DNA from: Chiloscyllium plagiosum
Taxonomy: Eukaryota
Direction of reading: 5' to 3'
Assembly (NCBI RefSeq): GCF_004010195.1
Contig: NC_057719.1
Location: forward strand, 48,568,441-48,632,440
Length of the DNA stretch: 64,000 bases
The notes under the pieces were generated by a model, which saw only the letters and a list, made by a program, of their open reading frames with translations, had not been told where the DNA came from and made no database searches. Made by a program: the position numbers and the translations under genes. Shown here in pieces: positions 27,230-41,104 of this stretch. Each line of letters opens with the position of its first letter. Position 1 is the first letter of the stretch.

Positions 27230-28990
27230 TTTTTAAATATGGTGATGACTGTATTCTGAAAATGTTCTTGCAGACTAGAAAATGGCAAAGGTAACCTTGC
27301 TATTTAAGACTGGAGGAAGAGAGAAAGTGGAGAACTACAGACCTGTTAGTCTGACATCAGTATTAAGGAAAATATCAAATCGTTAATAAATGATGTAATA
27401 AGTGGACATTTGGAAAAGAATTATAACATTGGGCAGAATCAGCATGGATTTATGAAAAGAAAATCATGTTGACAAACATGTTTTTGAGGGTATTATTTGT
27501 AGCATTAATAAAGGAAGAACAGTATTTTTGAATTTCAGAATATTGTTGACCAAGTGCCACATAGGAAATTAGAAAATTAGTGCACTTGTGATAAAGTAAA
27601 TATACAACAGAGTTAAGAAATGGGCTTTTTTCATGACTGACAATTCTTACTAGTGGACTTCAGCAATCAATCAATGCTAGGCCCACAGCTATTCACAATC
27701 TATATTCTTAAATTTGCTGATGGCACCAAACTGGGTGGGAATGTAGATTGTGAGGGGAATGCAAGGAGGCTTTCAGAGGATTTGGACAGATTAAGTGAAT
27801 GGGCTAGGACACCCAGATGGATTTTAATGTAAATAACTGAACCAATTCACTTCAGTAGGAAAACAAAATATTTTTTGAACGGTCAGAGATTGGGAGGTGT
27901 GTGTGTGCAGTGGGAGTGTCCTTGTCCATGAGTGGCTCAAAACTAGCATAGAAGCGCAACAAGGAGTTAAGAAGGCAAATTATGTGTTAAACTTCATAAT
28001 GTTGGTAATTGAATACAGAAGTAGAAGTGCCATGCTGTAATTATTTAATGACGTCTCACTTGGTGTAATGTATACCGTTTTGATCCCCTAATCTAAGGAG
28101 AAGTAAACTTTCCTTGGAAGGATTGCAATGGAAATGCACCAGATTAATCCTTGAGATGGCGGGATTGTCTACAGTCATAGAGTCATAGGGTCATGCAGCA
28201 CAGAAACAGACCCTTTGGTCCAAACGATCTATGTTAAATATAATCCTAAACCAAGCTAGTCCCACATGCGTATTCCTAGCTCATATCCCTCCAAATCCTT
28301 CCTATTCGTGTACTTATCCAGATGTCTTTTAAATGTTGTAATTGTGCGCACATCAATCACTTCCTCAGGAATTCCATTCCACACATGAACCACCCACCGT
28401 GTAAAAAGATTTTCCCCTCTTCTCTTTTTTTAAAATTCTGTCCGCTTACCTTAAAAATGTGACCTCATCTTGAAACTCCCCCATCTTAGGGAAAAGACAT
28501 CTACCATTAACTCTATCTACACCCCTCATGATTAAATAAACCTCTATTAGGTCACCTCTCCACCTCCTACATTCCAGTGGATAAAAGTCCCAGCCCATTC
28601 AGCCTCCCCTTATAACTCAAATCTTCCACAACTGGCAATCTCTTCTGAACCCTCTACAGTTTAATAATATCCTTTCCATAACTGTTTTGAAGAATAAGGG
28701 TTGACCTCATTGAAACTTAGAGAATTATTAGAGGACGGGGCAGAGCAAATGTAGCTAAATGTTTCATCTGCTGGAGAGTCCCAAATGAGGGAATTTATCT
28801 CAGGATAAGAATATGCTACTTTGGACCAAGATTAGGAAGAATTCTTCATTTAGAGAAGGTGTGAAGTTTTGAAATTCTCAACACAAGGTTTGAGGAAGCT
28901 TAAATTGACAGATTTCTGGAGACTAATAACATCAAGGGATAAATATAGGAAGTTGACGCTGAGGTAGTTGATCAGCTGAGTTGCTGTCCA
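27230..28990 (+). mobile_element. Old CR1 ORF2 relic interrupted by a minus-strand CR1 3' end at 28170-28685
   Basis: Motifs GKVENYRPVSLTS, QHGFMK and KFADGTKLGG on the + strand. The inner copy starts ACAGTCATAGAGTCATAG (reverse-complement tail). Confidence 0.85.
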
Positions 28991-30214
28991 GGTTTCCAAT
29001 ACATAAACGTGTCGATCAATTATGGTTCGACCATCCGGATAATGCAGGTTTGCACATGTTTTCCAGGAAGCTATCACAACTCCTGTGTACTTGCTGGTAC
29101 CCTGAATTCTTCAGCTTCCTCTTAGCACATGCAGGGATAGTCAGTCAGAAATGGTTTTACATTAACTAACAGAAACATCGTTTTCCATTCCCTAAACGTA
29201 CTTGTGCTGCTCAGTGACATCAGAGCCATGTTCTTGTGGTACTTATAGATATGTTTAATCAGCTGTTCAGATGTGTTGGAGTATTTATATATTGACCCAT
29301 ACACACAGTGGGCAATGATCACTTTTCATTACGTGACAGTTGCTTACAGTAAGTGTATATTTTTGTGCAGTAACCTACTATCAGGAGAGGCTGATGCACA
29401 CCTGGACTGAGTGTATTAGGGAAAGTAATACCATGTATCTTCAACAAATCAACTTAAAGAATTTGATTGAGGTGAGCAGAGTCTAAATCATAAAGTGGAA
29501 GTTAGAATATTTACACAGAACACAATTTGTGCAGACAGTGAAATAAGGAAACAAAGAGAAAGATGTGACCAAGGGAGAGAAAAAAGACAAAAGGAAAAAT
29601 TAAAACCATGTAAAGTAAAGTTTATTTTAAAAGTTTCGAGCAATCATTAGTGACATTAGTAAAGTTTCAACTTCATAGGTTGCCTGGCAACAATTAAACT
29701 TATTATATTATTAAAAATTCATGAACACTTCAGCTGCAAAGTTGTAACATTATCTTGTATGTTTCTTTGATTTCTGGTGAGTAAGTGTTATAACCCCATT
29801 GCCTTCACGTGTTTTCCTGCAGAAACTCGCATTGAGGTATTGATGCTGAAAAACTTGTGGAGGAGCTGGGCACATTAAACAAAATTTAACCATGCATCAT
29901 CCGTCAGCCGGCATAGTTGCCCAACTTACTTCATAAGATGTGAGTGTTGATATCCTCGTCATTTTTTTATATTGACCATGACGATGAAACTTCTAGCAAT
30001 ATCCAAAAAGGGTCACCAACACAATTCCTGGGCAACCCTGAGGTTCAAGTCTCCACTCCATCTGCTGTTTCCATAATTTGGGTGTTGATGTGTACATGGG
30101 CTGCTATTTAATTCAGACAATGGGGTCTCACACATTAGCTGAACAGCAGTCCACAATCACAATGCCTCCTTTGGGTAAAGCCTTTGTACTAAGTTGTCAC
30201 TGGTGGCCTTTCCA

Positions 30215-30470
30215 TAAGACCATCGGATCTAGGAGCAGAATTAGGTCATTCAGCTTATCAAATCTGCTCTGCCATTTGATTCTCAACCCCATTCTCCTCC
30301 TTTCCCCCTGTAATCCTTGATCCCTTTACTAATCACAAACCTGTCTATCCCTGTCTTGAAGACACTGAATGACTTGGCCTCCACAGCCTTCTGTGTTCAA
30401 CAGATTCATCACTGTCTGGCAGAAGAAATTCCTCCTTTTCTCAGTTTGTGGGGGTTATCTCTTCATTTTC
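30215..30470 (-). mobile_element. Old CR1 3' end
   Basis: CATAAGACCAT..TAGGAGCAGAATTAGGTCATTCAG is the reverse complement of a CR1 terminus. Confidence 0.65.
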
Positions 30471-31989
30471 TGAGTGAATGCATGCGGGTGAGTCCTTCCA
30501 GTGGTAGTGACCTATTATAAATATCAGGTAACCACAGGGAGGGCCAATCTTTGGCAAAATGTCCTCTTCCCTCACAACACCATGGCAGATTCTGTCTGTT
30601 CCACTGAGGTTGGAAAAGTTGAGTTACTTCTGCCTTGACAAGAACCACACCCTTCATTCCTCCAGACAGGTGGTGACCTCTGAGGCCTCTGTATTTTAAT
30701 AGGGCTCATTTTCCCTGTGTTTTTTCTCTCACTGTTATCCTGGCTTCCCCTTTCCCATGACAGAGCCTATCGGCTAAGGATCCACACTTTTGAATACGTA
30801 TTACCCTAGGGGTCAAAGGCTTCACAGGCTTTCTTACATGTGGAATGTTCTGTTAGAATTTGCAACCAAATGCTGCACTGTTTCTCATCAGGATTGTTTC
30901 TCTACTGAGTCCCAAAAACAATTAAAAACTGGTTCTAGAGATGAAGGGCAAATGCTGTCAAGTGTTCCCCTATCCTTTGTCAACATTTATTCAATGTATC
31001 TCAGGGTTTCTTTCATGATATCCAATTGCTATCAGTATTGCCTTCTCTATATGTCCTAGAGATCCACACCGCCCGCCACACCCCCCCACACTGAGGTTGG
31101 GATTATAATCATATTTCCTGCCCTGATCTGAATAGCATATGACTTTATCTTCAACTAACCTCCAGTCATGGTTGCCCCTTTCAGCTTTGACTTCTGTTCA
31201 GGTCCTAAAGCATTGGGAAATCCTTTCTGGCTGGAAAGCTGTCATTTCGAGGCATCAATTTCTTATCAAGATTTAGAGTGACCAGCATTGTGCTTGATGC
31301 AGGACTTTAAATGCTGCTTAAAGATCTTTAAATTTACTTTAATGTCTGACTTCCGCACCTGCCTCAGCGCCTTCTTGGCATTTCTGTTTGCTGTCTCACA
31401 TTGATTTTGAGAGGTAAACTATCATTGCCCGATTGGCAATCTCTAGGGATTTAAGTTTTCCCTTTAATTCCATGTTTTCCATTTGGAAAACTGCTCTTTC
31501 CAGGCTGGCAACATCTAAGGCATCAAGCTCATATTTTCTAATGTTAATTAACTTATGTCAGAATTTCTCTGCTTTAATGCATGCTTTATGTACAAAGTTT
31601 CCACAGAAAGACAACAAATTCCCATTAGCCCATCCTGTTTTGGTACTCGCTTTCCCAAGGACTTCCTAACTTACTCCATCAAATGGTTGGTATACCAGGA
31701 CTCGTAACATCACAAGTTTCACATTAATGAATAAGGAGTTTTTGGTTAACTTCACTGTCCTCAGCTACTAAAAGAACAATTTGCATGAAATAAGTGAACT
31801 ATTTATAATTATTTTCAGGTGCTTGTTGCACCACTAAATTTACCACAAATTTTAAAATGCACACCTTAAATTGAAAATGAATATGAATAACACTTTGCTC
31901 ATCTTTGCACTTGTGAATATAGCACTTGCTGCAAATCCAACTAATACAGTTATCAAAATAGTGAACCACAAGATAAGTGAAGAAAATGT

Positions 31990-32330
31990 AACCAGCCTTC
32001 ACTACCCTGTCTACTTGTGCTTCCATGTGAAGAAACTATGAACCTGCACCCAAAGTCTCTTAGTTCATCCACATTCCTCAGGACCATGCCATTAAATATA
32101 CAAGTCCTGTCCTGATTTACCTTACCAAAATACAACACTTCACATTTATCTAAATTAAACTCATCTGCCACCCCTCAGCCCATCGACCCAGCTGGTAAAG
32201 ATCCTGTTGTTCTCTGAGATAAACTCTTCACAGTCCACTACATCACCAATCTTGGTGTCATCAGCATACTTACTAACCATTCCTCCTATATTCACATCAA
32301 AATAATTTGTACATATGACTATCCCTAATC
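31990..32330 (-). mobile_element. CR1 RT fragment
   Basis: Translates SKYADDTKIG..EFNLDKCEVLYFGK. Confidence 0.8.
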
Positions 32331-32954
32331 AGTCCTGTGGGAATTTTATATTAATGTCATTAGGAGATGGTCAGTGCATTATTTTGGATGTACCTGTGTT
32401 CTAGATATACTTTCTGATCCATTCTTTTGTATTCACCCATTGTATCCAATTATATAGCAAAATCTGGTAAAAATGTGGACAGCAACCTGTTTCCACTTCT
32501 AATTCATGTAAATTAGAACCTTATGTTATTATCCAGTAGAATACTAATATGAGTTAATATCACCACTATACTACAGCAAATTTTGAACAGCAGAAGCTGC
32601 AGTTTATATTGTCAAAAACAGCTTTGTTTTCACCAGGATGCTTCAATCTGTTCACACTATGCCTGAGTTACGCTGTTCTCAGCAAAGTCTATTGATTGAT
32701 TAATTTTGTTAGGTGCATTATGACAGTGGACTTGTTGGATAATGATCAAGAGGTGTTGCATGCCCAGAATATTTCATTATATAAGCTGTCATTGGCTACT
32801 GACAATTTTATTGAAATTGATGGATGAGTTTCACGACACTTTTAGATAAACTCTTTCATCCTATTTTTCAGAATTTTTAGCATAGTAATTGTAATCACCC
32901 AAAAAAATGTATACTTTTCATACCCCCAACAGCAATATTTAAAAAAAGTTATTT

Positions 32955-33137
32955 AAGTTGGTACAATTGCAACATTTAAGAGGCATTTGGATGGATATAT
33001 GAATAGGAAGAGTTTGGAGGGATATGGGCCGGGTGCTGGCAGGTGGGACTAGATTGGATTGGGATAACTAGTCAGCATGGACAGGTTGGACCGAAGGGTC
33101 TGTTTCCATGTGTACATCTCTATGACTCTATGACTCT
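32955..33137 (+). mobile_element. Short young CR1 3' end with an apparent 9-bp TSD
   Basis: Ends (ATGACTCT)2. AAGTTATTT flanks it at 32946-32954 and 33138-33146. Confidence 0.9.
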
Positions 33138-33479
33138 AAGTTATTTTTTTAAAAAACGTAAGTTCACTTGTTGTTTGTTCAGAAAAAAATTGGGAAGTTA
33201 GCAACAGTGAAAGGCTTGAAATACAAGCCTTGATGTGATCTCATGTACTTTGGAATGAAATAATTTCTGATTATTCATAATAATATGGTTGAAACAATTT
33301 CATGCAAATTACATATAAAAAATTGGTACACTTGCCCTTTGCAAATATGCCAAATTTTAGGTCAGTTCATAATCAATTGTTCATACTCAGACAGATGGTG
33401 TCCCTGCTGCAAAGAGTAGGGTCAACAACATGTGTGTCTGTTAGACCCCATGTGTGCAGTGGAACTAATCCTCCCTGTT

Positions 33480-35560
33480 TTCCAGTTGTCTTGGTTATTC
33501 TTGCAATTGGACAAAGAACTATGACTATGGCATCATTGCTCTGAGTAAGATATGATGAGCAGGCAAGAATCAGCTCAAAGAATAAAATGGAGGTTACACC
33601 TGCTTCTGGATGGCTAAATCTGAGGAAGAATTCCAACCCATGGAATTCATTTCACCATTAAAAAACAGGCTAGTTGACAGTGTCAGCGAAATCATCTGTG
33701 AGATATGTGAATGTCTCATGACCCTATGGCTCACTCTCACCCAGAAACTGTACACCACAGCCATCAGTGCATATGCTCCAATCCTAGAAGCAAAAGATAC
33801 GGCCAAAAAGGAATTCTACTTCACTGTTGGTCATCCATTTTCCTGTGTCACAGAGGGAGATATTTCTTGGTAATTTCAATATCAGAGTTGAGAGTTCAGA
33901 TCTCTGAAAAGCCATGATTGACAAGGAATATGTAGGGAGTACAAATAGAGTCCTACTTCTGACAAAATGGTCAAAACATGCATCCTTTTTTTTAAACAGA
34001 CAAATGCAAGACCTCATGGCAACACCTTTGCTCTGAACACTGGTACCTACTAAGCTGCATCATGGTCTGAGTGAGGGACCTCTAGAATGTTCATGCCCCC
34101 TACACAAAGCCAGAAGCCAATGACTGCTAGTCAAGCCATCACCAAACCTGGTCTGCCATCTCCATCAGCCTTGCCCCAAAAAAACAGCAACAGCAGAAGC
34201 ATTGTCACAGGAGGATCAATGACAATGGACTCAAGGGCTCTGCAAAGAAAGACCTGCTCATAATCACTCTGACGATGCTCATTGAAGAGGATCCACAGTA
34301 TGTCCGCAGTGCATGGTTTGCCCTTACATCCATTATAAATAGTGCTTTCGTGATGACTTTGGGTTTCTCTACCAGGAAACTTCAAGATAGGCTTGACAAG
34401 AATGACCGTGAGATCCAAGAGCTACCAAATTGCATGTGCAAATGGAACCTGACCTGGAAATGCCACAAAAATAAAAGGATAATAGACAGCAAATAAAAGC
34501 CAAGATCCAACAAAAAAAACCCATTACCTAAAGAACAGATGATGGATAGAAAGAGTGCAGGAAATCCAGCAACTTGCAAATAGCCACGACATGCATGGAT
34601 TCTTCAGTGCAATCAAGGCTGTCTATGGCCCAAGCACCCAAAGGTCCCACTGAAAGCTATGAAAAGAGAGCATAAAGAGCAATGGGTGTTCATTGGAAGG
34701 ACTGAGACCCAGACCTTGATATGAGATACCCTTGATCACATCCCTCACAGCCTGTTCTCCACCACCATCTCAGCACAACACCAACAACACATGAGTGGTC
34801 TGTCTGATAGCTGAGAACCAACAACTGCCATTGGCACAAATGAAATTTCCACTAAAATGCTTAAATTCATCAGAGAATTGGCATGAATATATAACCTCAT
34901 CTGCCTCATTGAGAAGGAGGACAGCATGCCATTGGATTTCTGTGATGGCATAGTTGAGACCATCTTCAAGAAAGGAGATAAAACTGAGGGAATTAACTAC
35001 AGAACATCTCCCTGCTGGTCACCACAGAGAAAGTCATTTTAAAAATTCTCCTCAATCCCCTTCTTTCAATGACCGATGAGTACCAAATGGAGTCAATGGC
35101 AGATTCTGTCCACCAAGAGGCACCTTGACATGATCTGTATGATCTTCACAGCTAGACAAGTCCAAACAAAGTGAAAGTAGCAGCAGAAATCTTTAAACAT
35201 GGCTTTCTTTGACCTCACAAAGGCCATCAACTTTGTGAACTAGCAGTGTTATAGAGCACCCTCCTCAAACTAGACTACTCATCACCAAACTCTGTCCGTT
35301 GTGTGACATACAAGCTGTGATGCTGTTCAGTGGCTCCACCACAGACCCACTACAAGTGGAAGGTGAGATCAAGCAAGGCTACGTCATCACACCAATGCTC
35401 TTCTTCACTTCTCTCACCACAATAGTCCACCCTCAATCCACAAAACTTTCCCCTGGGATGGTGCTTCTTTGTTGAATGAGTACAAACTGTTCAAGCAAAA
35501 TGGCCACCAATCTTGGACCAAGACCACCCCAACATTTGTCATTGAGCTGACTACAGATAA
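33480..35560 (+). mobile_element. RTE-clade LINE relic (endonuclease and RT)
   Basis: Endonuclease motifs GIIALS..GGYTCFW..LMTLWL..TAISAYAPILEAKDTAKKEFY. RT motifs TIFKKGDK..NYR..ISLL, AFFDLTKA and IKQGYVITPMLF. Many stops and frameshifts. Confidence 0.8.
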
Positions 35561-35719
35561 CATTGTACATGAATTCATTCAGAGACTTGAGGTTGAAACT
35601 TACCAGAAATTGGTTAAGTGTCATTTCTGGCAGCATCACAGAGGGCTTCTCTCTGCATGCTTTAGCAAGTTTTCTTCTGCAATCTTTCCAGACTTGCCTC
35701 ATTACCTATGCCCCATGCC

Positions 35720-36020
35720 CCTATGATGTCTGCTCATCATATCCTCCCAGGATTCCTGGCATCAGCGACATCTTTAAAGACCAGTCAGCCACCCGGTCAA
35801 GTATTGGCAGTCCACAATTTCCTGCATGGTTCATTTCATTTGCCCTGGGTATGTTGGGCAGAAGATATTTGGCACCTTACTTTGCCAATGGAGACCTGCT
35901 GGATGGGGGAGTTCTTGGGGTAGCTGCCCATGGAGCATGCCCCTGGGATGTTGGAGACTTATGGAAGTCCAAAGTAGCAAGTGTCGAGTTGAAGTCTCCA
36001 GATAACTATTCTGATTTTCA
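35720..36020 (-). mobile_element. Probable RTE ORF C-terminal fragment in the opposite orientation
   Basis: Minus strand gives YLETSTRHL..LHWQSKVPN (cf. the RTE C-terminal ETWT..RH..WQDKVPN). Confidence 0.45.
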
Positions 36021-36425
36021 TCATCTAGTTTCAATGCAATGGGTGAGAGATGAGAAACAGTACATTAGTGAGGTGGGATGATGTCATCAGGAGGATGTTA
36101 AGCTATATTAATAGGCCTCTTGCTGCTCACTGGTGAGAATACAGTCTCACTGTTCAACATTTGATTGGAAAATAGATCCTTTAGCTCTCAATGTCAGAAA
36201 GCTCTTCAATAGTCATCTCACAAAGCTCTTCAACTTTTTCACCAACTCCCTTGTTGTTCAGGTACTGGGGGGATTCTGCCCATGGTTATTTCTTTCAAAA
36301 ATCTGGCACACACATAATGAAACTGATGGACGGTATGGTTAAATGATTCCATATGTGTGGTGCTAGAATTATATTGTCGGTAACAGATGGTAATATTAAT
36401 GGAAACAGTGTCCCTTCTATTTTGA

Positions 36426-36541
36426 TTTGGAGATGCTGGTGTTGAACTGGGGTGTACAAAGTTAAAAAACACACAACACCAGGTTATAGTCCAACAGGTT
36501 TACCATCAAGTGGCTCCTTTATCAGGTAGTTCCTTCATCAA
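36426..36541 (-). mobile_element. Short Penelope-like pLTR insertion (family C) with a 13-bp TSD
   Basis: CCTTCTATTTTGA at 36413-36425 and 36542-36554. The body matches 52655-52857 and 60835-60965; the hammerhead region is scrambled. Confidence 0.8.
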
Positions 36542-37789
36542 CCTTCTATTTTGAACATTTTCCTTTCTGAGCTGGCAGACCAGATGTATTTTTCCAGTAT
36601 TTTCTACTTTAATGTGTAGTTGGATCAATAGGCTTTTGTGTTTTCCATTTCTCGGATTCTCTGTTATTTCTCTTTGAGGGCATCTCTAATTCCTGTAACA
36701 ATTCATAAACACTTAATTTCTCTAATGCTTCTTCTAATTTTTGACTGAAATGATCCATTAAATCAAACAACAATCACACTATTTATATTTCCTCTCCACC
36801 TTCTTGTCTATTTTTTTCCTTCTCCACCCGCCCTTTTATCCAACAATAGAAAAAGACCTGTTTACCTTGCAACTTTCAGGTTGGAAGAAGGATCACACAT
36901 GAAACATTAATTGACCTACTGGCCCTACAAATCCAGACTGACCCTTTCCATGCTTCAGCATTTTGTTTCTGTCTCACAAAGAAAATGTAACAGCCCAAAT
37001 ATTGTAATCAAAATTTGAATCACAATGATCAACTCTGATCAGAAAGAAAAGTTCCTGCTTACTTGAATATGAGGTTTTTGGCCAAATTTCTGATAGAGGA
37101 TGCAGAAATCTCTCACAGGAAGCAATGAATTGAATTCGTACAGCAGCCAGACTCCCTTTTTATGTCATAAGCTATCATATTCTACATGGTGTTCATTTTC
37201 TCAAAGTTGATCATTCAGAATATTTCTTCAATACATGTGTTCCTGTCTGTGCTGATTTGTATTCAAAATCAACTTTATAATAGAAAAAGGTCCATAATGA
37301 GATAGAAAAAAATTAAGTATTTTTCTGGGCATTGAAGATTTTGCAAATGAACTAGATCTAATAAAATCAACAACTGTTGCTTTATGAGAGAGAGAGAGAG
37401 AAAAAACCATCTAGTTGTAAAAAACTTCAAAATGATACTTTTGTTCTTAAAAGTATGCTGCAAAAAGATTTTTAAAGCTTGAAAGTTCTGGACTAACCAT
37501 AAAATACAAAAAAGGCTGTAAATATTCTGCAGGTCAACATCTCCTTTGTAGAAAGATAAATGGTTGGGTTAACACTTCAGGTATAACTATACAACACAAT
37601 GTTTTGTTTTACTTTTTAGCAAGTGTCACAGTGGGTGTAACTGAATCGGTACTGATTTGTACTTTTTTTTTCCTTAGTATGACTCACTGTTCAATGCAAA
37701 ACATGCTTACTCAGATGCAAACCTTAATAATGCATTTTCAGCAAAAGAGATGCCAACAAAAGGGAATTAAAGAGTTAGTAAAATCAACT

Positions 37790-38630
37790 TCTCAATAGTT
37801 CGGCTTATGATACAAAGCTAGTTGGGAAATCAGGATGTGAGGTTGACACAAAGACTGCAAATGGATCTAGGACTGTTAAGTGAGTGGGTAGCATGATGGT
37901 AAAGAGAGAATGATGTAGGAAAATGTGAAATTATTCATTTTAGTAGAAAAAGTATACAAGAAGAATATCAGATAAATGTTAAGGTTCAGAGGGAACTAAG
38001 TGTACTTGTACAAGGAACACAATGTTAACATGCAAGTATAAGAAGTAATTATGAAATCACATGGCTTATTGCTCATTATTACAAAAAGGACTGGATTGCG
38101 AGCAAAAGCAAGTTTAACTATGAATGTACAGGGTTTTAGTAAGCTCACACCCAGAGTACTATATGCAGTTTTGGCATCCATAACGAAGGAAGGATATAAT
38201 TTCTTTGAAAGTTCTATAGCAAAGATTAATTTGTTTGGTTACTAGAATGAAAATGTTGTCCTATAATGAGATGCTGAGTAACTCGGATTTATAATTTCTA
38301 GAGAGTCGGAAGTGATCTTGTTCAAATAGACAAGATTTTGAAGTGTAGCCACACTGGGTTGCTTTCCCTCGCTGGAGAGTCTTGAACATAGGTTACAGTA
38401 TGAGGACAAAGGGTGGATCATTTTTAGCTAAGATAAGAAGACCTTCCTTCAGTTTTGCATATTCCGTTGTTGAATACATTTAAGGCTGTACATCTCAGGA
38501 AATTACCAGAAATGGGAAATGGGAAATGGAGAGGAAAATGGAGTTAACACTGAAGATCAATTAAGCTCATACCGAATAGTGGAGCAGGTTTGATGGACCA
38601 TTCAATCTTTTCCTATTCCTTTTGTTCTTT
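37790..38630 (+). mobile_element. Old, highly diverged CR1 3' part
   Basis: Remnants DTKLVG..DLGLLSEWV..KCEIIHF and a CR1-type terminus near 38600. Confidence 0.7.
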
Positions 38631-38685
38631 ACAGTGCATAAAATCAGTAAAAAAAGATCAAATATTGCTTTATATTTCTCATAGG

Positions 38686-38879
38686 CAAAAATGGGTATTG
38701 CAGATGCTGGAGATTAGAGTCAAGATTCGAGTAGTGCTGGAAAAGCACAGCAGGCGAGGCAGCATCTGAGGAGCAGGAAAATCATCAGGAAGGGCTTTTG
38801 CCCGAAATGTCAATTTTCCTGCTCCTTGGATGCTGCCTGACCTGCTGTGCTTTTCCAGTACTACTCTAATCTTGACTCA
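38686..38879. mobile_element. Foldback Penelope-like pLTR insertion (family A) with a 15-bp TSD (1 mismatch)
   Basis: TATATTTCTCATAGG at 38671-38685 versus TATATTTATCATAGG at 38880-38894. Inverted arms of about 66 bp at 38717-38782 and 38813-38878. The loop keeps GAAGGGC-TTTT-GCCC-GAAAT-GTC. Confidence 0.85.
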
Positions 38880-38900
38880 TATATTTATCATAGGTTGTTA

Positions 38901-39659
38901 TAGAGTCAAGGAGTCATAGTGATGTATAGCACAGAAACAGACCCTTCAGTCCAACTTGTCCATGCCTACCAGATATCCCAACCTAATCTAGTTAGCTCAG
39001 ATTACAATGGGATCTTGATGGGCCAATGGGCTGAGAAGTGGCAGATGGAGTTTAATTTAGATAAATGTGAGTTATTGCATTTTGGGGAAACAAATCTTAG
39101 CAGGACTTATCCACCTAATGGTAAGGTTCTTGGGAGTGTTGCTGAACAAAGAGACCTTGGGGTGTAGATTCATAGCTCCTTGAAAATGGAGTCACAGGTA
39201 GATAGGATAGTGAAGAAGGCATCTGGTATATGCTTTCCTTTATTGGTCAGAGTATTCAGTACAGGAGTTGGGAGGTCATCTTGCGGCTGTACAGGACATT
39301 GGTTAGGCTACTGTTGGAATATTGCATGCAATTCTGGTCTCCTTCCTATCGGAAAGATGTTGTGAAACTTGAAAGGGTTCATAAAAGATGTTGCTAGTTT
39401 GGAGGATTTGAGCTGTAGGGAGAGGTTGAATAGGCTGGGTCTGTTTTCCCTGGAGCAACGGAGGCTGAGGGGTGACCTTATGAAATTATGAGGGGCATGA
39501 ATAGGATAAATAGACAAAGTCTTTTCCAAGGGTTTGGAGTGATATGGGCCAGGTGCTGGCAGATGGGACTAGATTGGGTTGGGATATCTGGTCGGCATGG
39601 ATGAGTTGGACGGAAGGGTCTTTTTCCGTGCTGTACATCTCTATGACTCAATGACTCTA
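38901..39659. mobile_element. Head-to-head CR1 pair: minus-strand tail (38901-38992) fused to a plus-strand CR1 (38993-39659)
   Basis: Both outer ends carry the ATGACTCT-type tail. The plus copy reads WAEKWQMEFNLDKCELLHFG and has internal deletions. Confidence 0.88.
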
Positions 39660-39900
39660 ATTGGTTGATGGTGCATATGTCACTATTGCATATTAAAACA
39701 GTGTGAGACAAATGATCAGGGTCATAATCGACTTTCACAGCTACAGGCAATGCACTGATGTCCAGGACTATAGTTAGTACTGCAGCCAGTAAATGTACTC
39801 TGACAACTCCTGGAAAAATGGGGCCTCCTTACATATCTGAGAATCTTTGCACCCATATGTTTGTATGAGGTAAGGCCTCCTACCGTTTTTTACATCTCTG
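39660..39900 (-). pseudogene. Harbinger transposase N-terminal relic
   Basis: Translates ALPVAVKV....SDICTINQ (cf. LPVAVKVTxALxF..GDICGISQ). Confidence 0.55.
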
Positions 39901-40409
39901 AGCAATTGCAAATTCTAGAACTCTGATGATCCTCCCACTACCCACGCCCCTCTTCCCACAAGCACCACACGGTGTATCAATTGAAAACAGTCAGAAGTTT
40001 GCCAGAGGTCTCTGGGCAAAAATCTGCTTTTGACTCACCAGATTACTTTCACATTTATTAATGCCAGTTCCAGCAGCCACAACTCTCCAAGCAGCTTAAA
40101 GGCAGAATGCTAGCATCCAACGAAAGTAAGATATTTGGCTGAGCAGCCGATGATTCCTCTAACTATCATTGTAATGGTTATGATTGTTCACATCATAATT
40201 TCTGCTTCAGACTGTGGAAAACAGAATTTTTGTCATAAAACCAGCACAGGAGGCTAATTCGCAGGCTGAATGTGTGTGGCCTCTGATTTTAGGCTGGTGT
40301 GCTGAACACCTAAGGAAGCTATAGTACAAATTGGCATTGCACAAATACGTCATGCAAAGAGGGAAAGATGATGGTATGTGCACTCTATCCATTTTAATGC
40401 TGTTTTTTT

Positions 40410-40950
40410 AGAAGTAAAATTTTCTGGTCACTGCATGCTAGGAAAGACATGATTGCACTGGAGAGAATGCAGAGGAGATTTATTAGAATGTTGTCTAGAA
40501 TGGAGAATATGAGCCTTGAAGAGAGGCTAAATAAGCTCAGGTTGTTTTCTTTGGAGAAGACTGAGCAGGGTCCTGATAGAGGCATATAAGATTATGAGGG
40601 GCACGGACAGGGGCAATAGGAAGCAGCTGCTCCCCTTCATTAAAGAGTGAATAATAAGGGGGCATAATTTTAAGGTGAAAGGCAGGAGGTATGTTTAGGA
40701 AAAATCTTTTCATTCAGAAGGTGTTTGGGGTCTGAAATGCACTGTCTATGAGGTAGTTGCAGTGGGAATCTCAAAACCTTTAAAGAGTACTTGGATGAGT
40801 TGTTTTGAAATGTCATAACATCCCAGGCCCCAGGCCAAGTGCTGGAAAATGGAGTGAGTACAGTGTTGAGTAGATTTTGTTGCTGCAGATTCAACAGACT
40901 GAAGGGCATCTTTTATACTATATGATTTTAGTTGCTACAATTCTATGAAA
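40410..40950 (+). mobile_element. Old CR1 3' part
   Basis: Translates DMIALERMQRRFIRMLSRMENMSLEERLNKLRLFSLEK and ends in a CR1-like terminus. Confidence 0.8.
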
Positions 40951-41104
40951 TCAGAGTTTGCGATTTGGAAGACTTTTTAAATTACAAGCAGAGTATAAAA
41001 TATAAAGATATAAATAGAAGTTATACTAATAAACTATCCTTTATTCATGATGTTAACACTCATATCGAAACACAATTGTGTTTAATTAGATTGAATACAA
41101 ACAT

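Noticed and set aside
35563..36081. 172-aa ORF as a novel protein
   Set aside because: It has no recognisable motif and overlaps, in antisense, a probable RTE remnant, so it is most likely a chance ORF.
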